A stretch of DNA of 64,000 bases from an uncultured bacterium (GTDB lineage: Bacteria > Oederibacteriota > JAAXVQ01 > JAUVAV01). Numbering within the stretch: the stretch's first letter is position 1; each line of letters opens with the position of its first letter. Below, piece after piece: positions 28,846-39,191 of this stretch. The notes below the pieces were generated by a model. It was not told the origin of the DNA. It searched no databases and saw nothing but the letters and a program-made list of their open reading frames with translations. Both the position numbers and the translations under genes were made by a program. The stretch spans positions 448,001 to 512,000 of the forward strand of contig CAVQBK010000013.1 of assembly GCA_963710755.1 (NCBI GenBank), read 5' to 3'.

Positions 28846-29961
28846 TTAGAAATAAAGAATGGCTCTGAGAAGAATTAAAAAGCCCTTACCTTCATTTTCA
28901 GCTAATTTTAAATTTTTCTTGGCATGGGCATAATCCTGGTTGAGTGCCAGGGCGGTTTTAAATTCCTTAATGGCCCGGGTGAATAAAAAGCGGCATTGGA
29001 CCAGATAGGCCACGCCCAAATCATTATGGATATCCACGTAATGTGGATTTTTTTCCAGGATATCTTCCAACTTGCTGATGTATTTCTCCGTGGATTTCCG
29101 GTCCACCCCTTCATCACCGTATTTCAGGCGCAGGTAAAATTCATAATAAATCTCCGTGCCGTTCTGGAAAAGAATGGCGCTTTTCGTTTCCTGCAAGGCC
29201 TGCTTGGTCTCTTTAAACTGACCCTTAGCCAGGTACGTCTGAGCGACTTTGAAGTATTCATTATTGAGGTAGACATTGTACTCCACGGCCTGTTTGAGAT
29301 GATCGGCGATGGCTTGCTTGACCGTATCGTCGGCGCCGTCTTGGGCACTGGCCTGGCTTACCAGGCAGTGGGCCAGATTGAAATGGGCTATAGCGTATCT
29401 GGGGTTGAATTCAATCGCTTTCTCAAATTCCTGCAGGGCCTGGACAAACTGGTCCTTGTTCATCAAGGCCACCCCGAAGTTATTGCGCACATCAGGATAA
29501 TTCGGTTTCAAGGTCACAGCTTTCTGATAAATGGCCAAAGCTTCGTCAAATTGATTTTCCTGCATATGAGCCAAGCCCAGATGATTCATCATGGGCACAT
29601 AATCGGGTTGCAGGACCAAGGCACGTTTCAATTCGGCAATGGCCTCTTTGCCCATGCCATTGTTAAGAAAAACTTGGCCTAATTTATGATTGGAATCCGC
29701 TTCCGGTTTGCTCTGCAATTTGGCGGAAATTTTCATTAATTCCTGGAGCGTATTGACCCGTTGCTCATGCTCATCCTTGACCAGGGTTTTTAATTCCTCC
29801 TCGGATATCTTTTCGTCATAGGGAATTTCCTGGGTATTAAGCACGCGGTCCTGATCATTGATATTAACGACAATTTTCCGGATGGAATCAAAATTCATGG
29901 TCCGGACATTGTAGTCATGCTCATTACCGTGAATCGTGGTGGTATGGTTAAATCCGCTCAA
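28846..29961 (-). CDS. TPR protein with uncharacterised N-terminal domain
   Basis: Repeated NPxYxD/NxLG TPRs; TTG start after GGAGG. Confidence 0.85.
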   Translation of the reverse strand: MSGFNHTTTIHGNEHDYNVRTMNFDSIRKIVVNINDQDRVLNTQEIPYDEKISEEELKTLVKDEHEQRVNTLQELMKISAKLQSKPEADSNHKLGQVFLNNGMGKEAIAELKRALVLQPDYVPMMNHLGLAHMQENQFDEALAIYQKAVTLKPNYPDVRNNFGVALMNKDQFVQALQEFEKAIEFNPRYAIAHFNLAHCLVSQASAQDGADDTVKQAIADHLKQAVEYNVYLNNEYFKVAQTYLAKGQFKETKQALQETKSAILFQNGTEIYYEFYLRLKYGDEGVDRKSTEKYISKLEDILEKNPHYVDIHNDLGVAYLVQCRFLFTRAIKEFKTALALNQDYAHAKKNLKLAENEGKGFLILLRAILYF

Positions 29962-29978
29962 CAGTCGATTCCTCCAGT

Positions 29979-30731
29979 TTATATCCCTCGGGCAAAGCGA
30001 TAACGGGCATTTTTAGATGAAAGTTTGCTGAATTTGAGTTCGCTGCGGACTTCTCCCCAGCTGACTTTGGGTTGTCTTCCCCGGGTACGGTTGAGTTCAT
30101 TTTTTATACTCCAGGCTCCCCAATCGGGATGCGCGCGTACCACGCTTTTGATTCGCTCAATCAGGGAAACCAATGTTGCCGTTTGCTTAACAGGGGCCGG
30201 TTCCGCCGGAGCAGATGGGACCGGATCAGCGGCAGGCGTGGGTGCGGCCTGTGCCGGTGCAGCAGACGTTGGAGCCGGCCGCGTTGACGCAGGTTTGGAA
30301 GCAGCGGGCCGCGGCGCGGGCGGTGCCGCTTTGGCCGGCGCTGATGCTTTTCCCGAAGAGCTTGCCGGACCAGGGGTGCCGGTGAATAAACTTAACGCTT
30401 CTTCAATCGAAGGTGAAGAGTTGAGAATCGTGGAAAATTCCAGCAATTCATATACTTCATTGACACTGTCAGACATATTGGCCAGTTTGAGGTCACCATG
30501 CTGGAGACGGATGTTTTTGATTTCTGAAATGAAAATACCCCAGCCGGCGGAACTGATATAATCCACACTTTTAAGATCAATAATAATCTTGAATTGTTGC
30601 TCTCTCAGTAGATTTTGCAGAACCCTTTCCAACTCACTGGAGGTGGTGGTATCAATATAGCCCGTAATTTTTACCAGGGCAATATCCTGATCCGGTCCCA
30701 TCTGGTTGACATTGATTTGAATACCTTCCAT
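29979..30731 (-). CDS. STAS anti-anti-sigma protein with Pro/Ala linker and C-terminal HTH-like domain
   Basis: GYIDTTT, IIDLKSVDYISSAGWG (phospho-acceptor Ser), GDLKLA; tail HPDWGAWSIKNEL. Confidence 0.9.
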   Translation of the reverse strand: MEGIQINVNQMGPDQDIALVKITGYIDTTTSSELERVLQNLLREQQFKIIIDLKSVDYISSAGWGIFISEIKNIRLQHGDLKLANMSDSVNEVYELLEFSTILNSSPSIEEALSLFTGTPGPASSSGKASAPAKAAPPAPRPAASKPASTRPAPTSAAPAQAAPTPAADPVPSAPAEPAPVKQTATLVSLIERIKSVVRAHPDWGAWSIKNELNRTRGRQPKVSWGEVRSELKFSKLSSKNARYRFARGI

Positions 30732-30822
30732 TATGTAACACCCTTTCCTGTTACGTGGATTGGTCAGGGTCAACCCTATAATTGCGAATTGGCCTTGAAA
30801 ATGTTATCACAGCAAAAGAGAC

Positions 30823-33249
30823 CTAGTCAACTTTCTTCTTGGCAGCAAATACTTCGCGGGCTTCCCGCGTGGTGAGCCGCAGCCGTTTTAATTCATGGTA
30901 GACCATTTTCTCGTTGATCTCACTGCGAGGATTGTCCTGCTTCAACTCCTCCATTATGCGTGTAACTCCATAATCGGGATAATGGACCACAATATGAAGT
31001 AATTTTTTCTGTTCTTCCAAAGGAATTTGTTGAAGCTGTTCGTCCTTGCGCACACTGGGCGCCCGCAAGGCTTTCACCCCTTTTTCGTCCTTGATTCGCT
31101 TAAGTCGGTAATAAGTGGAAGGGGAGACATTCATGGCCTTACACGCTGTCCTTACCGGCACGCCCTGACGTTCCACCAGGTAGAAAAGTTTGCGACGAAT
31201 TTCGAACTGGACGTCTTCCACCATCATCTGTTCTTTAACGGCCACAAAAGTGATGTCATCGTTTTGGGGATAGTCCCGGGTAAACTCGACAATAGCTTGA
31301 TCGAATTTGGCCACGAATTCTTCCACCGAAAGCCGGTGGTTCTCCCTCACAAAGGCCACCAGCCGGTCCTCCCCAAATTGTTCCCTCTCCGGGTTCATGG
31401 CTTCCGTGATCCCGTCTGTATACAGCAGCATCAGATCACCTTTTTTTAATTTGACTGATTCCTGGGTCAGGGATTTACCGAACAAGTCGGGATTGGGCAG
31501 ATCAATACCCAGCGGGAACCCGCGTGGTTTGAGGAAGTAGACCTGATCCGTGTCTCCCCGATAAAGAATCATGGGGTTGTGACCAGCGCTGGAAAAGTTT
31601 ATCTCCCGGCGGCGGGCATCGAGAACAATATAAAACATGGTGACGAACATGCCTTTTTTCATATCCCTGGTAACAAAGGAATTGACCTTGTCCATGACGT
31701 CGGTGGCTGAAAAGTTACTCCGTGCTTCCAGGCGCAGGGCGGTGCGAATCATAGTCATAACCAGAGAGCCGGGTATGCCTTTGCCGGAAACGTCGGCAAT
31801 GGCAATGCCCAGCACATTTTCATCCACCCAAACATAGTCAAAATAATCCCCGCCCACTTCCTTGGCACTGCGGTACATACTAGCCAGGTCATAGCCTTGG
31901 ATTTTGGGCGTTTCCCGAGGTAAGAGGGTATGCTGGATTTCCTGGGCTACCTGCATTTCCTGCTGGATTCTTTCCTGCTCCAGCAGATTTTTCTGGGCCA
32001 GTTCAAAGCGGTAAGTCATGTCATTGAACACCCTGGCAATTTGGCCAAACTCATCATTGCTGTCAATGACAATACGGTGATTCAATTGGCCGTCGCTGAC
32101 CGCCAGCATGCCGTCGGTCAGCTTACGGATAGGGGCCACCAGGAAGGTCATCAGAAAATAGGCGCCCGAGGTGCTCACCGCCAGGGCGATAAGGAATATG
32201 ACAATAGCATCCCGCCGGCCAGTCTTAATCTCATTTTGAATGGTGGCTTCGCCCAGTCCCACATGTACCGTTCCCAGACGCATAGTTTCCAGGTAAATGG
32301 GGTAACTTAAATCGTAAACCAGCTGGTGATGTTTATTGTGGGTTTCCTGCACCAATAATCGGTCCTTAGCCGGAGCTTTAAACTGTTGTGGTGGATGGTA
32401 GGTCTTAAACATATTTTCTGTGACTGAATGAGCCCAGATCTTATTGTCATCGTCCGTAATAAAGGCGTAGCTCAATTTGTGGTCGGTGGCCACCAGGTTC
32501 TTGACCATCCTAGCCATATGCAGATCGTCGAGCTTGAGCAGATAGAGCCGGGCTTCCTGGGAAAGCCGTTTGGTGGCTTCTTCAGCATTGGTCATTATTT
32601 CCTTGCGCAGGGTCTGGGCTTGAGTGGTAAACATGTAGACAAAAATAATCAACACCAGGACGCCGACCGAAACAGTAACCGACGTTAAAAATTTGGTGCG
32701 CACGCTCATGCGCCCGAGAGCGGGCGTACGGCCTTGAGCCGGAACGGGCAAGGTGGTTTCCAGAGCCGGGGCGCCTACCCTGGTCAGCTGGCGCGGTTGT
32801 TTGGATCGTTTCACCAAGGTCAAGGTATTGCCTTGGCGATTGCTGGTGTACTCGGTCTCGTCCATCAATTTGCGGATAAACCAAATGCCCAACCCGCCTT
32901 TTTTGCCGATTTCCACATAGCGATTCAGGTCCGGGGTACGTGCCTTTTTCCATTCAAAGCTCTTGCCCTGATCATGGATAGTGATTTCCAGTTCTCGGTC
33001 GCGGCGGCGTACCATCAGCCGGATCATACCCAGTTCCAGGCCTTTATAGGCATGGCGCACGACATTGGAGCAGGCTTCATCTATGGCCAGTTTGATGTTG
33101 TTGATTTCATGCTGAGAAAATCCGGTTTCATTGGCAATTTGGGTGACAAATTCCCGGATGTCCCCCAAATATTGCTCACTGGCCGGAACTTCAATTTCAT
33201 AAACTTTACGGATTTTACCCCGAAAGAGTTTGTTGAAAATATTTTGCAA
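30823..33249 (-). CDS. Membrane RsbW-type kinase - Cache - HAMP - SpoIIE/PP2C phosphatase - HTH fusion
   Basis: LAIDEACSNVVRHAY, DQG, GGLGIW (HATPase); two TMs; HAMP (DEFGQIARVFN); EVGGDY, DVSGKG, YTDG, NDDIT (PP2C). Confidence 0.92.
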   Translation of the reverse strand: MQNIFNKLFRGKIRKVYEIEVPASEQYLGDIREFVTQIANETGFSQHEINNIKLAIDEACSNVVRHAYKGLELGMIRLMVRRRDRELEITIHDQGKSFEWKKARTPDLNRYVEIGKKGGLGIWFIRKLMDETEYTSNRQGNTLTLVKRSKQPRQLTRVGAPALETTLPVPAQGRTPALGRMSVRTKFLTSVTVSVGVLVLIIFVYMFTTQAQTLRKEIMTNAEEATKRLSQEARLYLLKLDDLHMARMVKNLVATDHKLSYAFITDDDNKIWAHSVTENMFKTYHPPQQFKAPAKDRLLVQETHNKHHQLVYDLSYPIYLETMRLGTVHVGLGEATIQNEIKTGRRDAIVIFLIALAVSTSGAYFLMTFLVAPIRKLTDGMLAVSDGQLNHRIVIDSNDEFGQIARVFNDMTYRFELAQKNLLEQERIQQEMQVAQEIQHTLLPRETPKIQGYDLASMYRSAKEVGGDYFDYVWVDENVLGIAIADVSGKGIPGSLVMTMIRTALRLEARSNFSATDVMDKVNSFVTRDMKKGMFVTMFYIVLDARRREINFSSAGHNPMILYRGDTDQVYFLKPRGFPLGIDLPNPDLFGKSLTQESVKLKKGDLMLLYTDGITEAMNPEREQFGEDRLVAFVRENHRLSVEEFVAKFDQAIVEFTRDYPQNDDITFVAVKEQMMVEDVQFEIRRKLFYLVERQGVPVRTACKAMNVSPSTYYRLKRIKDEKGVKALRAPSVRKDEQLQQIPLEEQKKLLHIVVHYPDYGVTRIMEELKQDNPRSEINEKMVYHELKRLRLTTREAREVFAAKKKVD

Positions 33250-33344
33250 GATTTTTCCTCGTTTAGTCCCTAATGGGTGATATCAAAACCGCAAAGCCGG
33301 AATTAAATAATTTTCCTCACGCCTATCTGTACCGGGCAAAAGCA

Positions 33345-33414
33345 GCGCAAAGCTCGCTAAGAAAAGAAAAAGATCAATATTATTGTCTTTCTTTGCATCT
33401 TAGCGGTTTTGCGT
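33345..33414. repeat. Long imperfect inverted repeat
   Basis: GCGCAAAGC-T-CGCTAAGA...TCTTAGCG-GTTTTGCGT. Confidence 0.5.
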
Positions 33415-33612
33415 GCGTATATTTTCGATCTTGATCTGAGTAGACAAAAATTATCTACGCAAAAAACCTAGCTTGTTCCTGTTACAGAAAGGGCAATTTC
33501 CCTATCTCCACTCCCCCAATAGAGGAGAACCATTTTATTAAGCTCGAGAAGATCTCTTTCCGCAACCGAAACTAGCTAATGGAGACATAAAACTTGAGTA
33601 GTCTGCACTGCT

Positions 33613-35196
33613 TTAAGGTTCGGTCGATCCCGACGTATCTTTTAACCGGGCCAAACGGTCCTTAGCTTCCTGAATGTTGCGGTTGACCAGAATATTGTTG
33701 GGATCTGTCTTTAATATTTTTTGCCAGATGGCAATGGCTTCTTCGAATTTTTCGTCTATATAAAGATCGATGCCTTGGTAGTAGAGCTTCATGTTGGCCG
33801 GGCTCAAAGCCACCCCACCATCCATCATTTGCTTGGTCTTGCCGATATAAAGCTTTAATTCCAGATAATTGGGATCATATTTGGACACGGTGTCAAATTC
33901 CACCATGGCGGATTTATAATTTTTAGCAAGATAATCGCTGATACCTTCAAAGTAATGGAGAGCTTTAAAGTATTCATCGGCTACTGCGGTTTTGCGCTGG
34001 GATAAGGCCTTGGCCCGCTCCGCAGCCAAGCGCCGCCGTTGCCGGGAGAGCAGACGTCTGCGTTCTCTTTGATACCGTCGCTGCGCACTGTTTAATTGTT
34101 TTTCCATCTCCGCTTGGTTGCGCTCAATGGCTTCCTGGGCTTGTTTTTTGGCTGCCTGCGCCTGTTTGCTCGCTCTCTGGTCAACCAGCTCTTGTTGGTG
34201 CTGGTCCCGTTCCTGTTGCTGAAGACTCAGGGGTTTGCCAAAGCGGTAGGACAAGGTTACACGGTGTACCAAGCCCAAGGGTTCCGCACTCAGCGCATAA
34301 TCGAGTAACAGCCCCTGATAATGGGCGCCGCCGCCCACCGTCCAGGCTTCGCTATTCCACCCGCCCCTGATAAACACCATATTAAAAAGACCGTATTCCA
34401 CGCCCACGGCCATCTGCGCCTCGCGCCAGGTGGATTTTTCCCACATGCACGAAACCACCAATTGCTGTTTGGTGGGACCTTTGAAATGTTGTTCAAAGGC
34501 CAGACCGCTTTTAATATTCAGGGGTAACGTGTCGGTGGCGTCTTTTAATTTCAATCGACTGCTCACGATATTTTGCAACATGAGCCCAAAAGTCAAATGT
34601 TCCCATGGGATTCCTCCCCAAGCCGCCCGCGGGAAGCGGTAATGCAGGCCCACGTCCAATCCGGATCCGATAGCTTCATCGCCAAGCAGACGTTGTTGAT
34701 CCACCCTTAGGGTAAGGCCGGCCGCCAGACCATAGGGCAGCTGATGACTGTAACTGACTAAATACTCTCTCATGTCCAGCGTCCCTGTGGGGCCGCTGGA
34801 CAGGCGGGCCTGGTCGTCACGCACCACGACCCCATCCGTTCCCAAACGTAGAGCCCCTACTGCAAAGATCCCCCAATCTAAAATCGGATAAGCCAAGCCC
34901 ACATAATCATAGGACGTATTAAAAAACAGGGGAATATGCATAGCTGTTACTTCAATTTGATCAAGTTGGGCCAGCCCGGCCGGATTCCAAAATACAGCCG
35001 AAGCATCATTGGCCAAGGCAACATAGGCCCGTCCCATGGCCAGGGCCCGGGAACCCGCACCATACTCAAAAGGATTATTCGTCCCCCCATCTGCACTCAG
35101 GCCGTGACCAGGGACAGCCCATCCCAAAAACCCCAATAAGAAAACCAACGCGTGGAGCCGTCCCCGGCCCGTATTGATTCGATGCCCTCTGATCAT
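33613..35196 (-). CDS. PorV/PorQ-like (FadL-superfamily) outer-membrane barrel + coiled coil + TPR
   Basis: [30 protein letters not shown] signature; barrel ends [11 protein letters not shown]-rich coil; TPRs. Confidence 0.85.
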   Translation of the reverse strand: MIRGHRINTGRGRLHALVFLLGFLGWAVPGHGLSADGGTNNPFEYGAGSRALAMGRAYVALANDASAVFWNPAGLAQLDQIEVTAMHIPLFFNTSYDYVGLAYPILDWGIFAVGALRLGTDGVVVRDDQARLSSGPTGTLDMREYLVSYSHQLPYGLAAGLTLRVDQQRLLGDEAIGSGLDVGLHYRFPRAAWGGIPWEHLTFGLMLQNIVSSRLKLKDATDTLPLNIKSGLAFEQHFKGPTKQQLVVSCMWEKSTWREAQMAVGVEYGLFNMVFIRGGWNSEAWTVGGGAHYQGLLLDYALSAEPLGLVHRVTLSYRFGKPLSLQQQERDQHQQELVDQRASKQAQAAKKQAQEAIERNQAEMEKQLNSAQRRYQRERRRLLSRQRRRLAAERAKALSQRKTAVADEYFKALHYFEGISDYLAKNYKSAMVEFDTVSKYDPNYLELKLYIGKTKQMMDGGVALSPANMKLYYQGIDLYIDEKFEEAIAIWQKILKTDPNNILVNRNIQEAKDRLARLKDTSGSTEP

Positions 35197-38100
35197 TTAA
35201 TCACCGCGATTTTCAGAACCAGTTGCTGACTTGCGCCGCCCCCGGTCGGACTGACTTTTAATACGGCGAAATAAACGCCGTTTAAGACCACCTGTCCCAA
35301 GCCATTACGGCCGTCCCAAATGCAACGGTGAAGCCTTTGACCGCCCGTTTGGGCCTCATTGTCCGTCAGGATGCGTACCAATTGACCTGTAATATTATAT
35401 ATCTTCAGACTCACGGTACTATCGGTTTCCAAATAGTATTCTATTTGCGTTTGACCACGGCCGGCAACAAACGGATTGGGATAATTAATGAATGAGCCCT
35501 GCAGCTGACCGGACGAAATCAGCATGACATCGGACATCATTGGGAATTGATCGGGAACATTGGCCCTGACCAATAAGGGGGTATTGTCCGTTATCTGGCC
35601 ATCCACGGCATTATCCAAAAGCAGGCCTATTTTAAAGAAATGCTGTTGGGCATTGGCCTCGATATCGATTTCCACCGTCAGACCCTTGGTGGTGGCTGGT
35701 TCGATCAGGAAGTCCTCATAAGCAATGGGGATATAGATCTGCTGCTCGCTACTGGACGTGTTGACCTGGACAAGCACGGCCTGCGTTTGGCTGTCGCGGA
35801 GGCTTACGCGCTGAATAATATCATGCGCGGCCAAGGGTTGGCCATGATCATCCTCCACGGTCAGGGTCACTCCTCTTAAATTGTATAAGGCCGACCCGAG
35901 GTCATTGGGGTTGGTCAATAGAAACTGCAAGGCGGCCACCCCCTGCTCCCCTTGGGCGACGGTGGCCGGCGCCAAGGATGTATGACTCATGAGAAGATAG
36001 GGATTATCCGCCAAGGCGCCGGCATTACACACAATCGGATTGGAAAACCCTTCCAGAATGGTAGGATGGGTTTGATCCGCAGCATGAACAGTAAAGGTTA
36101 ACCCTGGCTGCATAAACCGGGGCATGACGGTAGCATGACCATTGACCAAGTTGATGGTCGCCGGCAGATCCCTGACCAAATCGGGATTGCTCGTCACTTC
36201 CAGCCGGACCGTGTCGTTGGAAAGCGCCACCGTATAATTAACAATATCGATCAAATAAATATCGATCTCTTTGGTCGCCCCCGCCGTTGCGGGTGCAATG
36301 GTCCCCGAAAATCCCGGCGGGGTTCCGGCGGTCAAAACTTGATTTGGGGATATAACAAGCAACTGATACACCGGCGTACTGGTGGCCGTGGGGGTCATGG
36401 TTGAGGTCATGGTAAATGTGGGGCTGGGCGTCAGGGTAGGGGTGACTGTCAAAGTGCTGGTCGGCGTCGAGGTCGGTGTAGGCGTAAAGGTTGGTGTCGC
36501 CGTGGCGGAGGGGGTGGGGGTACTGGTAAAAGTAGGGCTCATGGTCGATGTATAAGTGCTGGTGGCTGTGGGGCTCCATGTCGAGGTCGGCGTGTGGGTC
36601 GGGGTATGGGTACAAGTTGGGGAATTCGTTGGCGTATGAGTAAATGTGGGTGTCGACGTCGGGGTATAGGTTGGGCTATGGGTAAAGGTTGGTGTAGACG
36701 TCAGTGTATGGGTTGGGCTTTGGGTAAACGTGGGCGTATGGCTTGGGGTATGGGTATAGGTTGGGGAGTCCGTGGGCGTATGCGTCGGCGTATGGGTATG
36801 GGTTGGGGAGTCCGTGGGCGTAGGCGTCGGCGTATGGGTATAAGTTGGGGAGTCCGTGGGCGTAGGCGTCGGCGTATGGGTATAAGTTGGGGAGTCCGTG
36901 GGCGTATGCGTCGGCGTATGGGTATAGGTTGGAGAGTCTGTGGGCGTATGCGTCGGCGTATGGGTATAGGTTGGGGAGTCTGTGGGCGTATGCGTCGGTG
37001 TATGGGTTGGGCTATGGGTAAAGGTTGGCGTATGGGTCGGGCTATGGGTAAAGGTAGGCGTGTGCGTCGGCGTATGGGTATAGGTAGGCGTATGGCTCGG
37101 CGTATGGGTATAGGTTGGGGAGTCTGTGGGCGTATGCGTCGGCGTATGGGTGGGTGTATGGGTATAGGTAGGCGTGTGCGTCGGCGTATGGGTAAAGGTA
37201 GGCGTATGGCTCGGCGTATGGGTAAAGGTTGGGGAATCTGTGGGCGTATGTGTCGGCGTATGGGTGGGTGTATGGGTATAGGTCTGGGTATCCGTAGGTG
37301 TATGCGTCGGCGTTGAGGTATACGTTGGAGAGTCCGTGGGCGTATGCGTCGGCGTATGGGTATAAGTTGGGGAGTCCGTGGGCGTATGCGTCGGCGTATG
37401 GGTGGGTGTATGGGTGAAGGTTGGCGTGTCGGTCGGGGTATCTGTTGGGGTTGGCGTGGGGACCAAATCCTCATCAGCCCCGATATCCCAAGTTCCGGTT
37501 CTGGTTTCGCCGTCCACATCATCCATAAAAGCATATAAGCTGTCACTGCTCAAATCTTCACCGGCGTTGGTGGCGCCCGTGTCGGTAAGCGCCAAATGAA
37601 AATTGTCGGAGCCCGCATTGACAAAATCGACATTGGTGGAATTAAGGGAATTGCTTCCGGGGGCATCCCCGCTAAGATCGGACAGGTTATAATCAGAAGC
37701 TGGATCAAAGGACCCGCTAAACCCATCCGCACAGATCTGGGTCAAGGTGTTTTTTACCGTCACGCCGCCGGCTGTTTGCCCGATCCCCTCGTAACAATTA
37801 TAGATGGTATTGTTATAGATCACCGCTGCAGCGTTGGCATTACTGATCAAAAAGCCGCCATTTTGCACCGACCCGGCAAAATCATAAACAATGTTGTTTA
37901 CCAACACGATACTCGACGGATTGCCGCTGGTATTGGTCAAGGCATAATGACCAGTATAGGCTGTGGAGCGCCCTTGCATGAGACATGCGGACACTACCAA
38001 ATCGTGAAGGGCGGTGGTGGTGTAATCAATAGCCCGTTGGTTGTTGGCATTGACCGAGGCGAGACGGATTTGAAGCCCCTCCACTTGCATGTCCGTATCC

Positions 38101-38768
38101 TGTACGGTTAGGGCTGTGTTATTGGCCACAATTAACCGATAGGCACTGTTATCCCAGACACCGGTATGACGTTGACTAATGCCCACTTGGTTGGCGTCCT
38201 TTGGAGCGAGGATATCAACGAAACGAGTGGTATCGGTGGTCCATCCATTCCATGTCACCGGCAGCGTATCGAGCCCATCGGCATAACACGCAACCACAAA
38301 AATCTCGTCATTGGCGACCAAATCACGGTTGGCGGGGTCAAAAGAGCTCACAACAGGATCAATAGCGATATTTTCCGTGCCACTATTGACATTGGCCAAA
38401 GCCGTATAAGCCCGGTAAATTGACCAGTCTTGATCTGGAGTAATTGTGGGCACAGGGGTGCCGCCAGTTTTACTCTGAACGGTGAAACTGGTGGCTGAAT
38501 TACGTCCGTTGATAAAAGCAATGGCATCAATACTGCCATCGCCATTTGAATCATATTGAATAGCATCACCAATACCGACATTGGCTGGAGTATTGTTGTT
38601 AAAACTTGCTGTTGTTCCAGCGATGGTTAAGGCATTACTGCCTCCCGAATCTAGGGATACGATGTTATTGGGACCGACGGAACGATAAATAAGAGTTGCA
38701 GCATGGAGCAAGGCGGATATTTGGCAAGCTGCGATAATCATCGTTGTCATCAGGATTTTTTTTCCCAT
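35193..38768 (-). CDS. Large secreted protein: beta-helix/choice-of-anchor-Q-like region, Thr/Pro stalk, T9SS-type (FlgD-Ig) C-terminal sorting domain
   Basis: Signal peptide, NNIVYD/NNTIYN repeats, FHL...WDIGADE, NYPNPF...[11 protein letters not shown]...WDGRN...NGVY...KIAVIK. Confidence 0.85.
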   Translation of the reverse strand: MGKKILMTTMIIAACQISALLHAATLIYRSVGPNNIVSLDSGGSNALTIAGTTASFNNNTPANVGIGDAIQYDSNGDGSIDAIAFINGRNSATSFTVQSKTGGTPVPTITPDQDWSIYRAYTALANVNSGTENIAIDPVVSSFDPANRDLVANDEIFVVACYADGLDTLPVTWNGWTTDTTRFVDILAPKDANQVGISQRHTGVWDNSAYRLIVANNTALTVQDTDMQVEGLQIRLASVNANNQRAIDYTTTALHDLVVSACLMQGRSTAYTGHYALTNTSGNPSSIVLVNNIVYDFAGSVQNGGFLISNANAAAVIYNNTIYNCYEGIGQTAGGVTVKNTLTQICADGFSGSFDPASDYNLSDLSGDAPGSNSLNSTNVDFVNAGSDNFHLALTDTGATNAGEDLSSDSLYAFMDDVDGETRTGTWDIGADEDLVPTPTPTDTPTDTPTFTHTPTHTPTHTPTDSPTYTHTPTHTPTDSPTYTSTPTHTPTDTQTYTHTPTHTPTHTPTDSPTFTHTPSHTPTFTHTPTHTPTYTHTPTHTPTHTPTDSPTYTHTPSHTPTYTHTPTHTPTFTHSPTHTPTFTHSPTHTPTHTPTDSPTYTHTPTHTPTDSPTYTHTPTHTPTDSPTYTHTPTPTPTDSPTYTHTPTPTPTDSPTHTHTPTHTPTDSPTYTHTPSHTPTFTQSPTHTLTSTPTFTHSPTYTPTSTPTFTHTPTNSPTCTHTPTHTPTSTWSPTATSTYTSTMSPTFTSTPTPSATATPTFTPTPTSTPTSTLTVTPTLTPSPTFTMTSTMTPTATSTPVYQLLVISPNQVLTAGTPPGFSGTIAPATAGATKEIDIYLIDIVNYTVALSNDTVRLEVTSNPDLVRDLPATINLVNGHATVMPRFMQPGLTFTVHAADQTHPTILEGFSNPIVCNAGALADNPYLLMSHTSLAPATVAQGEQGVAALQFLLTNPNDLGSALYNLRGVTLTVEDDHGQPLAAHDIIQRVSLRDSQTQAVLVQVNTSSSEQQIYIPIAYEDFLIEPATTKGLTVEIDIEANAQQHFFKIGLLLDNAVDGQITDNTPLLVRANVPDQFPMMSDVMLISSGQLQGSFINYPNPFVAGRGQTQIEYYLETDSTVSLKIYNITGQLVRILTDNEAQTGGQRLHRCIWDGRNGLGQVVLNGVYFAVLKVSPTGGGASQQLVLKIAVIK
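36372..37460 (-). repeat. Coding tandem repeat (Thr/Pro/His/Ser linker, about 360 aa)
   Basis: Units such as [14 protein letters not shown] (42 bp) and HTPT (12 bp) repeated many times. Confidence 0.95.
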
Positions 38769-38942
38769 CAATACCTCTAAATATTCCAAAATTTTTTCTT
38801 AATTCTTCTTTCGGTTTCAAAAAAAATGTTATTTTTTTTTGCAAATATTACATCAATTATTATAGAACATCAATTTGAATAAATCTATAGACAATAACGT
38901 TTAACCATTTACAAATATTAAGCAACCCTAAAAGAATACCTC

Positions 38943-38972
38943 TTGACAGGCTGGATAGGATCCAACCATAAT
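38943..38972 (+). promoter_or_regulatory. Putative sigma70 promoter of 6S RNA
   Basis: TTGACA-N18-CATAAT just 5' of the structured RNA. Confidence 0.65.
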
Positions 38973-38978
38973 TCTAAT

Positions 38979-39151
38979 GGCCTGCGGTGTTGGTGATGAA
39001 GACTCCAGTTCCCGAACCAATGTCATTCGATAGGGAGCCGTGTACAGCCGGTAAGCGTATTCCCAAACCCTTGGGACATCCAACTCCGGCCTTTTGGCGC
39101 CCACCTGAACTTAAAGGTTCAGACACGGATCTTCACACGGCACCGCGGGTC
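38979..39151 (+). ncRNA. ssrS: 6S RNA
   Basis: 5' GGCCTGCGGTG pairs with 3' CACCGCGGGTC; about 173 nt rod; CCCACCTGAAC..GGTTCAG 3' element; own promoter; T-run after; upstream of rny. Confidence 0.8.
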
Positions 39152-39161
39152 TTTTTGTTTC

Positions 39162-39191
39162 TTGACATGACAATAAAGAAAAGAATATAAT
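39162..39191 (+). promoter_or_regulatory. Putative sigma70 promoter of rny-ymdB
   Basis: Consensus TTGACA-N18-TATAAT. Confidence 0.7.

Noticed and set aside
29979-31203. Active IS481/IS630 insertion sequence
   Set aside because: Only HTH-like segments, fused in frame to signalling proteins; no DDE/integrase core, terminal repeats or target duplication seen.
33270-33345. c-di-GMP-I riboswitch (GCAAAGCC, GGGCAAA)
   Set aside because: Motifs are in the wrong order and on the strand opposite the downstream gene; no P1/P2 pairing.
36372-37546. Repeat array as CRISPR, or the Arg/Gly/Met-rich (+) and Pro/Arg/Ile-rich (-) ORFs as genes
   Set aside because: No unique spacers or cas genes; unit lengths are multiples of 3 within the 1198-aa ORF; the alternative ORFs are frame shadows of the Thr/Pro repeat.
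38987-39190. 67-aa ORF upstream of rny
   Set aside because: Overlaps the 6S RNA structure, has no RBS and no protein-like features.
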